Made by a program: the position numbers and the translations under genes
Shown here: positions 1 through 7,729 of the stretch, piece by piece
How positions within the stretch are numbered: the first letter of the stretch is position 1
Layout of the letters: every line of letters starts with the position of its first letter
Origin: Thermococcus kodakarensis KOD1
Lineage (GTDB): Archaea > Methanobacteriota_B > Thermococci > Thermococcales > Thermococcaceae
Assembly: GCF_000009965.1 (NCBI RefSeq)
Contig: NC_006624.1
Coordinates: forward strand, 810,001-842,000
Reading direction: 5' to 3'
Length of the DNA stretch: 32,000 nucleotides
The notes under the pieces: model-generated
What the model was told of the DNA's origin: nothing
Seen by the model: the letters and a program-made list of their open reading frames with translations, nothing else
The model's database searches: none

Positions 1-848
1 AAACGACGGTTGAGACTTTTATTACCGTTCCCAACCATATTCTTTGGTTTTAGGTTTTCCACGACAATAATGTCGTAATTCCTAACGTAGTAAAGAGCGA
101 GTTTATGGAGAAAATCATTTCGCTGGTTCGTTAGCTTCTCGTAAGCCTTAGCTAATTTTATTCTCTCCCTCTCCCAGTTCTTCGAACCTTTTTGCTTCCT
201 TGAGAGTCTCCTCTGTATTTTCTTAATCCTTTCAAGGGATTTCTCAAGGAACAGCGGGTTCTCAAAAGCGTTGCCGTCGCTATCAACGACGAAATGAGCG
301 ACTCCCAAATCAATTCCAACTGCCCTACCCGTTCTGGGCAACGGTTCTGGTTCTTCCTCAGCCTGAAAAATAGCATACCACTTCCCAGTCTTCGTCCGTT
401 TAATTATTACGCCCTTGATTTTACCTTTGATTCTCCTATGGAGCTTTATGGGGACTTCCCCAACCTTAGAGAGACGTAGTCTCTTCCTCTCCTCGTCAAG
501 CTTGAAACCGCTTTGGTTGTAGTTCAGCGTCTTCCAGCTATTCGGTGAGGTCTTGTATCTAAGCCTCCCAACTTTATGTCCGTTCTTTTTTAGAGCCTTC
601 AGGACGGTCAGGTTGTTCCAGAGCTGGTGGTTCACCATTTGGAGAACTTTGGAGTAAACCTCCTTGAGTTCTGGCTTTTCCTTCTTTAATTCAACGATTA
701 GCCTTTGGGTGTCGATTCTCCCGAGCGAAGGGTTTTCCCGTATTGCCCTCAATAACTCGTTGTAGAGCCAGCGACAGAGTTCCATATGTTGGAGCATCCT
801 TTCCTGTTGTGCTTTTGAGGGATAGATTCTGAAGCGGTAGGAACGCAT
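1..848 (-). CDS. tnpB: TnpB (IS605 OrfB, RuvC-like RNA-guided nuclease family), N-terminal 282 codons; C-terminus outside the window
   Basis: It is absent from the ORF track because there is no in-window stop. My manual minus-strand translation from ATG 848 is open down to position 3: MRSYRFRIYPSKAQQERMLQHMELCRWLYNELL...RTGRAVGIDLGVAHFVVDSDGN...NDFLHKLALYYVRNYDIIVVENLKPKNM. It contains RuvC-I (GIDLG) and RuvC-II (VVENL) style motifs. Confidence 0.9.
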   Translation of the reverse strand, partial: MRSYRFRIYPSKAQQERMLQHMELCRWLYNELLRAIRENPSLGRIDTQRLIVELKKEKPELKEVYSKVLQMVNHQLWNNLTVLKALKKNGHKVGRLRYKTSPNSWKTLNYNQSGFKLDEERKRLRLSKVGEVPIKLHRRIKGKIKGVIIKRTKTGKWYAIFQAEEEPEPLPRTGRAVGIDLGVAHFVVDSDGNAFENPLFLEKSLERIKKIQRRLSRKQKGSKNWERERIKLAKAYEKLTNQRNDFLHKLALYYVRNYDIIVVENLKPKNMVGNGNKSLNRR

Positions 849-1258
849 CAACTCCCCTCACCTTGGCTCTCAACGTAGGCTTTGAGAACGTCGAGGGTCA
901 CCTGCCCAGAGGTTGCGAGGAAGTATGAGGGTGACCAAAAGGTGTTTCTCCAGAGTTTTTCCTTCACTTCTGGGAAGTTCCTGCGTATTTCCCGTGAGGT
1001 AATTGTCTTTAGGGCGTTGATGTATTTTGGTATGTTGAGGGTGGGTTTTGCCTTGAATAGGATGTGAACGTGGTCTTGGTCTGTCTCTATGGTGAGAACT
1101 TCTACCTCGTGGGTCTCTGATATTTCGTGGATTTTCTGTTTGAGGAAGTCTATTATCCTGTCGTTGGTGAAGACTTTTCTGCGGTGTTTTACGACTAAAA
1201 TGAGGTGGTAATAGAGTGAATAGACTGAATGTGCTCCTTTATCGAGTTTGTATTTCAT
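848..1258 (-). CDS. tnpA: IS200/IS605 TnpA, Y1 (HUH) single-strand transposase
   Basis: Sequence MKYKLDKGAHSVYSLYYHLILVVKHRRKVF, with HUH motif HVHIL and a C-terminal catalytic-Tyr helix LKAYVESQ. The ORF track starts at GTG 1267; ATG 1258 gives the family-typical N-terminus. Confidence 0.92.
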   Translation of the reverse strand: MKYKLDKGAHSVYSLYYHLILVVKHRRKVFTNDRIIDFLKQKIHEISETHEVEVLTIETDQDHVHILFKAKPTLNIPKYINALKTITSREIRRNFPEVKEKLWRNTFWSPSYFLATSGQVTLDVLKAYVESQGEGS

Positions 1259-1300
1259 AGTTATCACAAATTTTGTGTAACTATGAGAGTATTTGAGGGT

Positions 1301-1347
1301 TTCGGGCTTTCATCCCCTCCCTCTCGGAAGGGGACTTCTCGCCCGAA
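1301..1347 (-). repeat. Imperfect palindrome or hairpin, candidate IS200/IS605 subterminal (left-end) hairpin
   Basis: TTCGGGC (1301-1307) pairs with GCCCGAA (1341-1347). An inner CCCCT pairs with AGGGG. It lies 43 nt upstream of tnpA, where this family carries the hairpin that TnpA recognises. Confidence 0.55.
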
Positions 1348-1391
1348 TATGTTAAAAAGCCCAAGTCATGTGCAGGATTGGGGGAGAAACC

Positions 1392-1607
1392 ATGAGTGAG
1401 AAACAGTACTTGCTTGACAAAACACTCGAGCGCTGGAAGGGACAGAGGGTTGCTGTAGGGATTGGAAGCGAGATCAGTTTTTCGGGAATTCTTGAGGACT
1501 TCGACGAAGAGGTGATACTGCTCAAGAACGTCACTGACTACGCAGGCAATAAAGCGAGGGAGCTTATCGTGAAGATAGACGATATGAACTGGATAACGCT
1601 CCTGTGA
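1392..1607 (+). CDS. Small Sm-like (LSm-fold) protein, function unknown
   Basis: The 71-aa sequence is MSEKQYLLDKTLERWKGQRVAVGIGSEISFSGILEDFDEEVILLKNVTDYAGNKARELIVKIDDMNWITLL. The pattern G.RV.V....G..F.G.L..FD....L..V resembles an Sm1 motif. An SD (GGGGGA) lies upstream of ATG 1392; the ORF-track start at 1368 has no SD. Confidence 0.5.
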   Translation: MSEKQYLLDKTLERWKGQRVAVGIGSEISFSGILEDFDEEVILLKNVTDYAGNKARELIVKIDDMNWITLL

Positions 1608-1617
1608 GGTGCCTGCG

Positions 1618-2352
1618 ATGAGAGCGGTGGCGTTCGTGGGCTACAAGAAGAGCGGGAAGACGACCACAGTAGAGGCCGTCGCCAGAGTCCTCAAAGAGAG
1701 AGGTTACAGAGTAGCGATAGCGAAGAGCATGCATGCGGAGTTCGATAGAGAGGGCACTGACACTTGGCGGTTTTCCCGAGTGGCCGACGCCGTTCTGGTG
1801 AGAGCGGAGGACACGGATGCCCTTCTCTTCAAAGCTAAGGACATAAACGCGCTCTTCTCAATGGTCAGCGCTGATTTTCTGCTCCTTGAGGGATTCAAGT
1901 CGGTGGAGCACGTTCCAAGGGTGGTTTGTGCAAGAACGCCGGAGGAAGTCGAAGAACTTGACGGGGGACTTGCCATAGCGGTTAGCGGAGTTGTTGCATC
2001 AAGGGGGATAACCGAAATCAACGGCCTCCCAGTTATCGATGCCACCAGAGAGCCAGAAAAACTCGCAGACCTAGTGGAAGAGAAGGCCTTCATACTCCCT
2101 AACATTGATTGCGGCCTCTGCGGCTTCCGCTGTGCTGAGATGGCGAGGATGATAGTGAAAGGCGAGAAGACCACAAAGGACTGCGTTGTTCTCAGCCAGA
2201 AGCCGAAAGTCGTCATTAAAATAGACGGGCAGGTTCTCCCCATGAAGGACTGGGTTCAGGAGCTCGTGGAGAAGACGATAAAGGGCATGCTCTCTGCGAT
2301 GAAAGGGTACCGTGAAGGAAAGAAGATTGAAATAATAGTGCGGAGTGATTGA
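1618..2352 (+). CDS. mobB: MobB-like molybdopterin-guanine dinucleotide biosynthesis adapter protein with a C-terminal Cys-rich (putative Fe-S) domain
   Basis: P-loop GYKKSGKTT at the N-terminus. The C-terminal CGLCGFRCAEMA...DC resembles the CxxCGxxxC putative Fe-S domain. An SD (GAGGTG) sits 6 nt before ATG 1618, right after the stop of the upstream gene. Confidence 0.8.
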   Translation: MRAVAFVGYKKSGKTTTVEAVARVLKERGYRVAIAKSMHAEFDREGTDTWRFSRVADAVLVRAEDTDALLFKAKDINALFSMVSADFLLLEGFKSVEHVPRVVCARTPEEVEELDGGLAIAVSGVVASRGITEINGLPVIDATREPEKLADLVEEKAFILPNIDCGLCGFRCAEMARMIVKGEKTTKDCVVLSQKPKVVIKIDGQVLPMKDWVQELVEKTIKGMLSAMKGYREGKKIEIIVRSD

Positions 2353-2656
2353 TTGAGGGCCCTACCCTATTGTTAACACTTTTAATAGTTAGAGAAATGC
2401 ATCCCCATGCACTCTTCTTTCCAAATGTAAAGATTACTCTCCTCTTTGATGCTTTTTTGTGTTCGTCTCTTGGCTAAATTAAACTATTTTTGGAAAAATT
2501 TTCAAGAAAAAACCGAAGAATCATGGAATTTTTGTGATTTACAGCCGCGTAAAAGTTTACAACCGTAAAGTATATAACCGTGCTCCAAGATAAAAATGTT
2601 CTGAGATGCACTTTAGCATATCTGGATGACCATAAATGGAGAATGAGGTGAAGAAA

Positions 2657-3649
2657 ATGAAGATGAAAGCTCTCGGTCTCGTTGCCCTTTTGGTCTTTGC
2701 TCTTGTGGCCAGCGGTTGCATTGGTAGCGGTGGAAACGGAAGTAAGACTTCCGAGGAGATAACAATCTACACCGGAGGAACAAGCGGTGTCTACTTCCCG
2801 CTCGGCTCAAAGTACGCTGAAATACTCAACAAGAACGGCATAAAAGCCAAAGCAGTCACGAGCGGTGCCAGCGTTACCAACGCCAAGGCCATCGGCGAAG
2901 GGAAGGCCCAGGCCGCCATACTGCAGAACGATATAGCTTACTACGCCTACAACGGCCTCTACATGTTCGAGGGACAGCCCGTTAAGAACATACGCGGTGT
3001 CGCGGCCCTCTATCCTGAGACGGTTCAGTTCGTCGTCAGGGCCGACAGCGACATCAAGAGTCTCCAAGACCTCAAGGGCAAGAAGGTCGCCATAGGTGCT
3101 GCCGGAAGCGGCACTGCAGTTGCAGCCGAGCAGATACTCAAGGCCGCTGGCGTCTGGGACAGCATCCAGAAGGTCAACCAGAAGTTCAGCGAAGCCGCTC
3201 AGAGCCTTAAGGTCGGCCAGATCGATGCCGCTGTTATCGTTTCAGGTGCCCCAACCCCTGCCGTTAACCAGATAGCCGTCCAGACCCCAGTTAGAATCCT
3301 CCCGATTCCAGATGACATCCTCAACAAGCTCCACGACCAGGGATACATATTCTACGTCAGGCAGGTTCTCCCGAAGGATACCTACAACGGCATGACCGAG
3401 GACACTCCGACCGTTGCCGTTAAGGCTATCCTCGCGGTCAGTGCGGATCTGTCAGAGGACACTGTCTACCAAATGACCAAGATACTCTTCGACCCAGCCA
3501 ACCTCGAGGAACTCCACAAGGTCCACGCCAAGACCAAGTACATAAGCCTTGACACTGCCCTTGACGGTATGAGCATCCCGCTCCACCCTGGAGCCATTAA
3601 GTTCTACGAGGAGAAGGGCATAACGGTCCCGGACAAGCTCAAGCCGTGA
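2657..3649 (+). CDS. TAXI-family TRAP transporter solute-binding protein (lipobox-like signal peptide)
   Basis: TGGTSGVYFPLG signature, and signal peptide MKMKALGLVALLVFALVASGC. The SD GAGGTGA is 6 nt upstream of ATG 2657; the ORF track begins at 2636. Confidence 0.88.
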   Translation: MKMKALGLVALLVFALVASGCIGSGGNGSKTSEEITIYTGGTSGVYFPLGSKYAEILNKNGIKAKAVTSGASVTNAKAIGEGKAQAAILQNDIAYYAYNGLYMFEGQPVKNIRGVAALYPETVQFVVRADSDIKSLQDLKGKKVAIGAAGSGTAVAAEQILKAAGVWDSIQKVNQKFSEAAQSLKVGQIDAAVIVSGAPTPAVNQIAVQTPVRILPIPDDILNKLHDQGYIFYVRQVLPKDTYNGMTEDTPTVAVKAILAVSADLSEDTVYQMTKILFDPANLEELHKVHAKTKYISLDTALDGMSIPLHPGAIKFYEEKGITVPDKLKP

Positions 3650-3652
3650 TGG

Positions 3653-4114
3653 GTGAGGTATTTGAGGAAGTCCTTTCTTTTTCTGGCATTTTTCCTGATT
3701 TTACTGGTATCATCTGTTGCTGAAAGAGGTGTTCTCGTGATAACGGATGGGAAGGAGGAGATGGTGTATCCCCTCGGTGAACACGAAATAACGATTGAAT
3801 ACATCCACAGCGTGGAGCGGAGCGAGGTTGTGGAGACGCTGAAGGTAAACAGCAGCGGCATCTATGCAATAGGTATGAAGTGGAAGGACTTCGGTGCCGG
3901 CCTTCCAGAGGACTTCCAGGAGTGGAACGGAAGCTGGTACGAGAAGCGGATCAACATCTACCTCGGAAAGAGCCTTGACTACTGGTTCATCCCGCTCAAC
4001 CGGGCAAACATAACGGTTGACGGTCTTCCGGCATTCGCTCCACGTTCCGATACACTGATTGAGTTTCGAGTCGAATCATGTCCCCTACTGCTGATCAAGA
4101 TTGGGAGGTGCTGA
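3653..4114 (+). CDS. DUF1850-domain protein (typical partner of TAXI-TRAP systems)
   Basis: It has an N-terminal TM helix and the family-like core EHEITIEYIHSVERSEVVE...KWKDFGAGLP. It sits between the TAXI binding protein and the fused permease. It starts at GTG 3653, 4 nt after the upstream stop. Confidence 0.75.
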   Translation: MRYLRKSFLFLAFFLILLVSSVAERGVLVITDGKEEMVYPLGEHEITIEYIHSVERSEVVETLKVNSSGIYAIGMKWKDFGAGLPEDFQEWNGSWYEKRINIYLGKSLDYWFIPLNRANITVDGLPAFAPRSDTLIEFRVESCPLLLIKIGRC

Positions 4115-4116
4115 TA

Positions 4117-6420
4117 ATGGGTGAAGAGCCACCACAGTTTGAGAAGGCCAAGGAGGTCGTTATTGAAAGGGTTAGAACCCTTCCCCCGATGCTTGATAAC
4201 GTCGTTAAAGCGGCCGCAATCCTGATAGGTATCTACGAAATACTGTTCATCTTCAACTTCAACTACACTCTCTACGACATGTTCCAGAAGATGGGGATAA
4301 AGATCGGAATCCTGCAGGCGACATTCCAGACCAAGCAGGGCGAGGCCTTCGTCCTGGCCATGATACTGATAATCACCTATCTCCTCTATCCGATAAGACG
4401 GCAGGAAAAGTATCTTCAGAAAGTCCAGTGGTACGATTATATTTTGGCTATACTCGGGGCAATCTCCGCGTTGTATCTCTTTGCAGTCTATCAGAGGTAC
4501 GCCGAGTTCGCCGAGGTCTACACCACCGACGTTATCTTTGGAATCCTCGCCATAATCCTCGTCCTTGAGGCAACGAGGAGGGTTCTTGGATGGGTTCTTC
4601 CCGCGGTCGTTGTCGTGTTCCTTATCTACGGCATCCAGAACATAGGCTTTGACTGGATACGCTTTACCCAGCAGCTCTACTTCGATGAGGGAATCTTCGG
4701 CATTCCATTCTTCGTCATGACGATATACGTCTTCGCCTTCGTCTTCTTCGGCGCGTTCCTGCTGAAGATCGGCATAAGCGACTACATAACGGAATTCATG
4801 ATAACCCTCTTTGGTTCAAGACCTGGAGGACCGGCAAAGGCCGCCGTCATCTCCAGCGGCCTGATGGGAACAGTGAGCGGCTCAAGCGTCGCCAACGTCC
4901 TGACCACGGGAACCTTCACAATACCGCTGATGAAGAAGGCAGGCTATCCTCCGGAAATAGCCGGTGCCGTTGAGCCGGTAGCATCAACGGGCGGTCAGCT
5001 TATGCCGCCTATCATGGGTGCAGCAGCATTCATCATGGCGGAGTTCCTCGGCGTCCCCTACAACAAGCTCATCATAGCCGCAGTCATTCCAGCGCTCGTT
5101 TACTACGCGGGCGTTTACCTCTTCATTGACCTTGAGACAAAGAGGCTGGGCCTCAAGGGAATGCCGAGGGAAAGCTTCTCCGGCCTTGACTACTTCATAA
5201 GGAAGCTCTACATCCTCCTGCCAATAGTCGTCATCACCGTCGCCTTAGTCTGGGGTATTCCGCCGCACATCTCGGCAATTTCATCCCTCGGAGTAGCCAT
5301 CTGGGTCGCGTGGATTTCCAAGGACAACATAAAGGGCCACGAGGGGCTCTACGTTGCTGTTGTCCTGCTTGCCACCGCTCTGATGTTCACAGGCAAGGCC
5401 ATGGCCACTCCAGTCGCCGGAATCTCGCTCCTAATCCTCCTCGGACTTGCTGCAGTAGGCTTCATAAGCGACAAGGTCGAGTTCAACGAGAAGTTCTACA
5501 TAACGGCCCTCTTCCTGCTCTTCATAGCCCTGACCAAGTACATCGGCATGACCAAGGAGCAGATACTCCTCCTCAGCGGTGTCTTTGGAATAATATTCTC
5601 CCTTATAATCGGCTGGTACTCGAAGAGCGAAGACGGAAGGGCCATGTACAGGGCAACCTACGAGTCCATGATAGACGCTGGAAAGACGAGCACGAGCGTC
5701 ATGTTGGCGGCGGCGAGCGCAGGCCTTATACAGGGTGTCCTCACGATGACCGGCCTCGTCACGAGTCTCGGCTACCGTCTCGTTGACCTAACCGCTGGAA
5801 ACCTCTGGCTCCTGCTGATGCTCACGATGGTCTTCAGCCTCATCCTCGGAATGGGCGTCCCGACGACGGCCAACTACATCATAACATCTTTAGTTGCGGC
5901 TCCTGCAATATTCAACGCCGTTCAGGGCCTCCACCCATATTCAGACCCGGTTCCGGGATTCGCAACCCCGATAGCCCTGCTGGCGGCACACTTCTTTGTC
6001 TTCTACTTTGGAATCCTCGCTGATGTTACGCCGCCGGTTGCCTTGGCAAGCTACGCCGGTTCGGCCTTAGCCGGCGGAGACTTCTGGAAGACGGCGATGA
6101 ACGCGGTCAAGTACGCCCTCGCCGGATACATCGGGCCGTACATCTACTTCACGCACCCCGAGATGTTCATCATAACAGTCAAGCACTGGACCACGATGAC
6201 CGCCCTTCAGGTGCTCTACGACCTCAGTGCAACGCTGCTCGTGATGTACCTGCTCGCAATAGCGCTGACCGGCTGGTTCGGAAAGCATCTGAGAAAAGAG
6301 ATCAGGGGGCTTGCAGGGATACTCGGCATTATCTCGGCAACCCTCAACCCAGTGATAGTCGGGATTAGTTTTGTTTTCGTTATTGCCCTGAGACTGCTTG
6401 GAGAGAAATTGTCTTCTTGA
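4117..6420 (+). CDS. TRAP transporter fused (4TM/12TM) permease, TAXI type
   Basis: A roughly 768-aa polytopic membrane protein following the TAXI and DUF1850 genes. The SD GGGAGGTG precedes ATG 4117, which directly abuts the DUF1850 stop (4112-4114). Confidence 0.88.
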   Translation: MGEEPPQFEKAKEVVIERVRTLPPMLDNVVKAAAILIGIYEILFIFNFNYTLYDMFQKMGIKIGILQATFQTKQGEAFVLAMILIITYLLYPIRRQEKYLQKVQWYDYILAILGAISALYLFAVYQRYAEFAEVYTTDVIFGILAIILVLEATRRVLGWVLPAVVVVFLIYGIQNIGFDWIRFTQQLYFDEGIFGIPFFVMTIYVFAFVFFGAFLLKIGISDYITEFMITLFGSRPGGPAKAAVISSGLMGTVSGSSVANVLTTGTFTIPLMKKAGYPPEIAGAVEPVASTGGQLMPPIMGAAAFIMAEFLGVPYNKLIIAAVIPALVYYAGVYLFIDLETKRLGLKGMPRESFSGLDYFIRKLYILLPIVVITVALVWGIPPHISAISSLGVAIWVAWISKDNIKGHEGLYVAVVLLATALMFTGKAMATPVAGISLLILLGLAAVGFISDKVEFNEKFYITALFLLFIALTKYIGMTKEQILLLSGVFGIIFSLIIGWYSKSEDGRAMYRATYESMIDAGKTSTSVMLAAASAGLIQGVLTMTGLVTSLGYRLVDLTAGNLWLLLMLTMVFSLILGMGVPTTANYIITSLVAAPAIFNAVQGLHPYSDPVPGFATPIALLAAHFFVFYFGILADVTPPVALASYAGSALAGGDFWKTAMNAVKYALAGYIGPYIYFTHPEMFIITVKHWTTMTALQVLYDLSATLLVMYLLAIALTGWFGKHLRKEIRGLAGILGIISATLNPVIVGISFVFVIALRLLGEKLSS

Positions 6421-6501
6421 CCTTCTCTTTGTCTTTTCGACAGCTGTCGGTGGGTTAGATTTATAAACCTTTGACAGCCTGACAATAGATGCGGTGGTAG
6501 T

Positions 6502-6651
6502 ATGAAGTGGGAGCTCACGCTCTACGGCGGGGAACATCACGGGAAAACCCTTGTCGTCGAGGCGGAAAATGTTGAGGAAGCCAGGAGGATCGCCCTCCAG
6601 GAAGCAAGGCGGAAGGAAGCACTCACCTACGAGCTTGCAAAGATTGAGTGA
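6502..6651 (+). CDS. Unlisted small ORF (49 aa), hypothetical protein
   Basis: It falls below the ORF-track size cut-off. Sequence: MKWELTLYGGEHHGKTLVVEAENVEEARRIALQEARRKEALTYELAKIE. Its G/C-ending codons match the neighbouring genes. GGTGGT lies 3 nt upstream of the ATG, and a TTTATAAA box at 6460-6467 is about 40 nt upstream. Confidence 0.55.
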   Translation: MKWELTLYGGEHHGKTLVVEAENVEEARRIALQEARRKEALTYELAKIE

Positions 6652-6754
6652 CGTATTCTTGCGCTAACCTTCTCCCATTCTTATTCCCGTTATTTTCTCA
6701 AGCTTCACTAGGGTTAAAAGGGTATGTCTTCTTTGCTTCTATGGTGGTGAGAAA

Positions 6755-7729
6755 GTGATAGTGCGCACGCCTAGGAGGCTCCACCTCGGCCTCATAGACC
6801 CTACGGGCAGCCTCGGAAGACGGTTTGGGAGTATTGGGGTAGCAATCGATGGAGGCTACGAGGTAAGGGTTCTCCCCTCTGAAAAGATGGAAATCAAAGC
6901 TCAGGGAGAGGATATCGAGACGATCGAGAAAACTTTAGGGAGAATGAACGCCGCTTTTGGGACTGGGGTGAACTATCTCGTTGAAGTCAGGCGTGGAATT
7001 CCAAGGCACGTTGGTCTCGGTTCCACTACCCAGCTCAGCCTGGCCGTTGGAACTGCAGTGGCGAGGCTCAACGGAATTCATGTCTCGATAGGGGAACTTG
7101 CTAGAGCCCTTGGAAGGGGCAAGAACAGCGGCGCTGGAATATACACCTTCGCCTACGGCGGATTTGTGCTGGATGGCGGTGTCAGGAACTCCGTCCCGCC
7201 GCTGGTACTCCGCGAGGACTTTCCGGAAGAGTGGGCGTTTCTCCTGGTAATTCCGGAGCTTAAGCGCGGCCCAGACGAGGAGGAGGAAAAGCCCGCGATG
7301 GAGTCAAGCTTTGGCGACGTTGAAGCGGCCAGGGAGATAAGCCACAGGATTCTGCTCGGTCTTCTACCGACCCTCAAAGAGCGCAATATAAAGGCCTTTG
7401 GAGAGCATCTGAGTGCCATACAGAAGCTCGTGGGCAGGCACTTTGCAGGATTCCAGGGCGGAGAGTTCAGGGAGGACATCTCTCTGATAGTGAAGTTTCT
7501 CAACGAAAAGACGTATGGAGCGGGCCAGAGCAGCTGGGGACCTACTGTTTACGGCCTGATCCTGAAGTCGGAATTCCAGAGTGCCAGCAGCGAGGTTTTC
7601 GACTACCTGAAGGATCAGGGGATAAAGGCCAAGATTGAACTGGGAATTCCAAGGAACACTGGGGCAGAGATCGTTGAGGAGAACGCCTTCCTGATCAGGA
7701 TTATAAAAAGCGTCGCCGGTGGTCAGTGA
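6755..7729 (+). CDS. Beta-ribofuranosylaminobenzene 5'-phosphate (beta-RFAP) synthase family protein (GHMP-kinase fold)
   Basis: N-terminus MIVRTPRRLHLGLIDPTGSLGRRFGSIGVAI, and a GHMP-like GLGSTTQLSLAVG motif. GTG start with the SD GGTGGTGA upstream. Confidence 0.7.
   Translation: MIVRTPRRLHLGLIDPTGSLGRRFGSIGVAIDGGYEVRVLPSEKMEIKAQGEDIETIEKTLGRMNAAFGTGVNYLVEVRRGIPRHVGLGSTTQLSLAVGTAVARLNGIHVSIGELARALGRGKNSGAGIYTFAYGGFVLDGGVRNSVPPLVLREDFPEEWAFLLVIPELKRGPDEEEEKPAMESSFGDVEAAREISHRILLGLLPTLKERNIKAFGEHLSAIQKLVGRHFAGFQGGEFREDISLIVKFLNEKTYGAGQSSWGPTVYGLILKSEFQSASSEVFDYLKDQGIKAKIELGIPRNTGAEIVEENAFLIRIIKSVAGGQ

Larger units (their letters stand above)
1..1347 (-). mobile_element. IS200/IS605-family insertion sequence (tnpA + tnpB); its tnpB-distal part lies beyond the left window edge
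   Basis: tnpA (Y1 HUH transposase) and tnpB sit in tandem on the minus strand, with a 1-nt stop/start overlap (TGATG at 846-850). An imperfect subterminal hairpin at 1301-1347 precedes them. This stretch looks more A/T-rich than its neighbours. The exact terminus cannot be fixed from a single copy. Confidence 0.8.

Noticed and set aside
158-873. ORFs at 158-376(-), 294-479(+) and 691-873(-) in the left 870 nt
   Set aside because: All are out of frame with, or antisense to, the uninterrupted tnpB frame (848 down to 3), which carries clear TnpB motifs.
2398-2411. Short palindrome TGCATCCCCATGCA after mobB
   Set aside because: It has a 5-bp stem only and no adjacent T-tract, so it is not distinguishable from chance.
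5310-5786. Same-strand alternative-frame ORFs inside the TRAP permease (5310-5786) and the PIN-KH ATPase gene (21400-21780)
   Set aside because: Their translations are Arg/Pro/His-rich and typical of off-frame reading of G/C-rich genes. They have no SD or promoter signal and no motif.
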